Source: a virus (taxonomy: Duplodnaviria > Caudoviricetes). Taken from it: DNA of 27,866 nucleotides. The position numbers and the translations under genes were made by a program. Each line of letters starts with the position of its first letter. Positions within the stretch are counted from its first letter, which is position 1. This document shows positions 27,014 to 27,866 of the stretch, one piece after another. Location: positions 1 to 27,866 of the IMG/VR virus record IMGVR_UViG_3300047272_000506. One strand, 5' to 3'. Under the pieces are notes generated by a model. It was given only the letters and a program-made list of their open reading frames with translations. It did no database searches and was not told where the DNA came from.

Positions 27014-27460
27014 TTAAGACAGGTATGCTGTCCCTGAAAATGGTTGTGCCATTGTCAATGTTAATCTATTATTATTGTTATAGTCTATACCTGTTTCAAG
27101 TATATCCCCTGCGCTTGATTTAATTGTAACGTTTGGATTAAACCCTAGGTTGTGATTTACAACAACTGAGTATATTCCATCTACTGGTCCTAGTATTTGT
27201 GCCATTTCCCAAGAGTAGGAAAAGTTTTCTGGAGTAGAAGCAAGAAGTATTACGTTTGCTCCAGACCATGTTGAGTCATCTAGCTTTGGTCCGTAGAAGT
27301 CTGATGTAGTGCTATTAAAATAAAAATCTCCAGATAATCCAAGGTTGTTTGCAGGTGCAGAAGTTCCGCTAAGAATTGTTCTACCTCTTGGACCTTGTGG
27401 ACCTGGAGAAGATATTATTACTTTGTTTTTAGTTTCTGATACTTTTATTGACTCGGCCAT
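27014..27460 (-). CDS. Hypothetical virion protein with short Gly-X-Y tract
   Basis: PGPQGPRG-TILSGT.AP....GDFYFN..FYGPK module also present twice in the 4816..5967 fibre; C-terminal VNHNLG domain. Confidence 0.7.
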   Translation of the reverse strand: MAESIKVSETKNKVIISSPGPQGPRGRTILSGTSAPANNLGLSGDFYFNSTTSDFYGPKLDDSTWSGANVILLASTPENFSYSWEMAQILGPVDGIYSVVVNHNLGFNPNVTIKSSAGDILETGIDYNNNNRLTLTMAQPFSGTAYLS

Positions 27461-27810
27461 TATATGGTCACCGATCTATTAAGAGTCATAAAACCCTCTA
27501 GGAGTTTTATTTTGTTCCCATTAGAATCGATAACCATAACGTCGTAAGATGACTTAGGATAAAAAAGTTTGTTTGTTTGTGTTGGTGTCATTTTAATATT
27601 TAAAACACCTTCTGGACCATCAATTGTGATACCACCAGATGGGGATGTAAGTGTTACAGCCAGCTTGTTACCGCCTTTTGTATCACGAACCTGCATCTTT
27701 GCAGATGCACCAGTCAGATCAATGGGTGTAGTTTCATCCTCTTCGGTATAAGTAACCTGAAAGCTGAAAGTAGCATTTTGATCTACTTCAAAGTTTTTTT
27801 GTCCTGCCAT
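27460..27810 (-). CDS. Small beta-rich virion protein
   Basis: DQNATF.F...PIDLTGASAKMQVR...YDV...KLLEG motif common in phage baseplate/fibre adaptor proteins; AGGAG SD; stop overlaps the next ATG. Confidence 0.65.
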   Translation of the reverse strand: MAGQKNFEVDQNATFSFQVTYTEEDETTPIDLTGASAKMQVRDTKGGNKLAVTLTSPSGGITIDGPEGVLNIKMTPTQTNKLFYPKSSYDVMVIDSNGNKIKLLEGFMTLNRSVTI

Positions 27811-27832
27811 TTGCCATAGTCTCCTAAATAGG

Positions 27833-27866
27833 AATACTCCTGTACTAATTTTAGCACAGGAGTATT
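27833..27866. promoter_or_regulatory. 34-nt near-perfect palindrome enclosing an extended -10 element
   Basis: AATACTCCTGT-actaattttagc-ACAGGAGTATT; the minus strand has TGCTAAAAT in the centre. Confidence 0.55.

Noticed and set aside
3632-27751. Remaining short plus-strand and nested ORFs in the track
   Set aside because: All overlap longer motif-bearing minus-strand genes; explained by codon bias
1-27866. tRNA, rRNA or other structured RNA genes
   Set aside because: Intergenic gaps are all about 70 nt or shorter and none shows a cloverleaf or recognisable RNA motif

Overview
All real genes in this 27.9-kb window are on the minus strand. It is the virion-morphogenesis region of a large tailed dsDNA phage; leaderless and extended -10 promoters suggest an actinobacterial host (inference). 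In transcription order it contains: fibre/virion proteins (two with Mtd_N-like N-termini); a 919-aa Cys-rich, Pro/Thr-linker protein; a Cys-rich-domain/GT60-like (Skp1-hydroxyproline GlcNAc-transferase family) fusion; more fibre proteins; a 439-aa FN3 protein; a 12-gene enzyme array (8 intact prolyl-4-hydroxylase-like 2OG-Fe(II) oxygenases, 1 degenerate copy, 3 DUF6065-like proteins); a collagen-like tail fibre with an S74 chaperone; a LamG-type protein; a small hypothetical; the portal; and a prohead protease with a likely nested scaffold, missing from the ORF track because it runs off the left edge. The main observation is that two unrelated putative virion proteins end in the same cassette, (FF[S/A]PPG)n-F-x-YIPWFGPP followed by a 161-aa Hint domain ending HNK. 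One sits directly upstream of the glycosyltransferase and the other directly upstream of the hydroxylase array. I infer a phage-encoded Pro-hydroxylation/O-GlcNAc glycosylation plus Hint-autoprocessing system for decorating virion proteins. Family calls come from recognising motifs by eye; no database searches were run.
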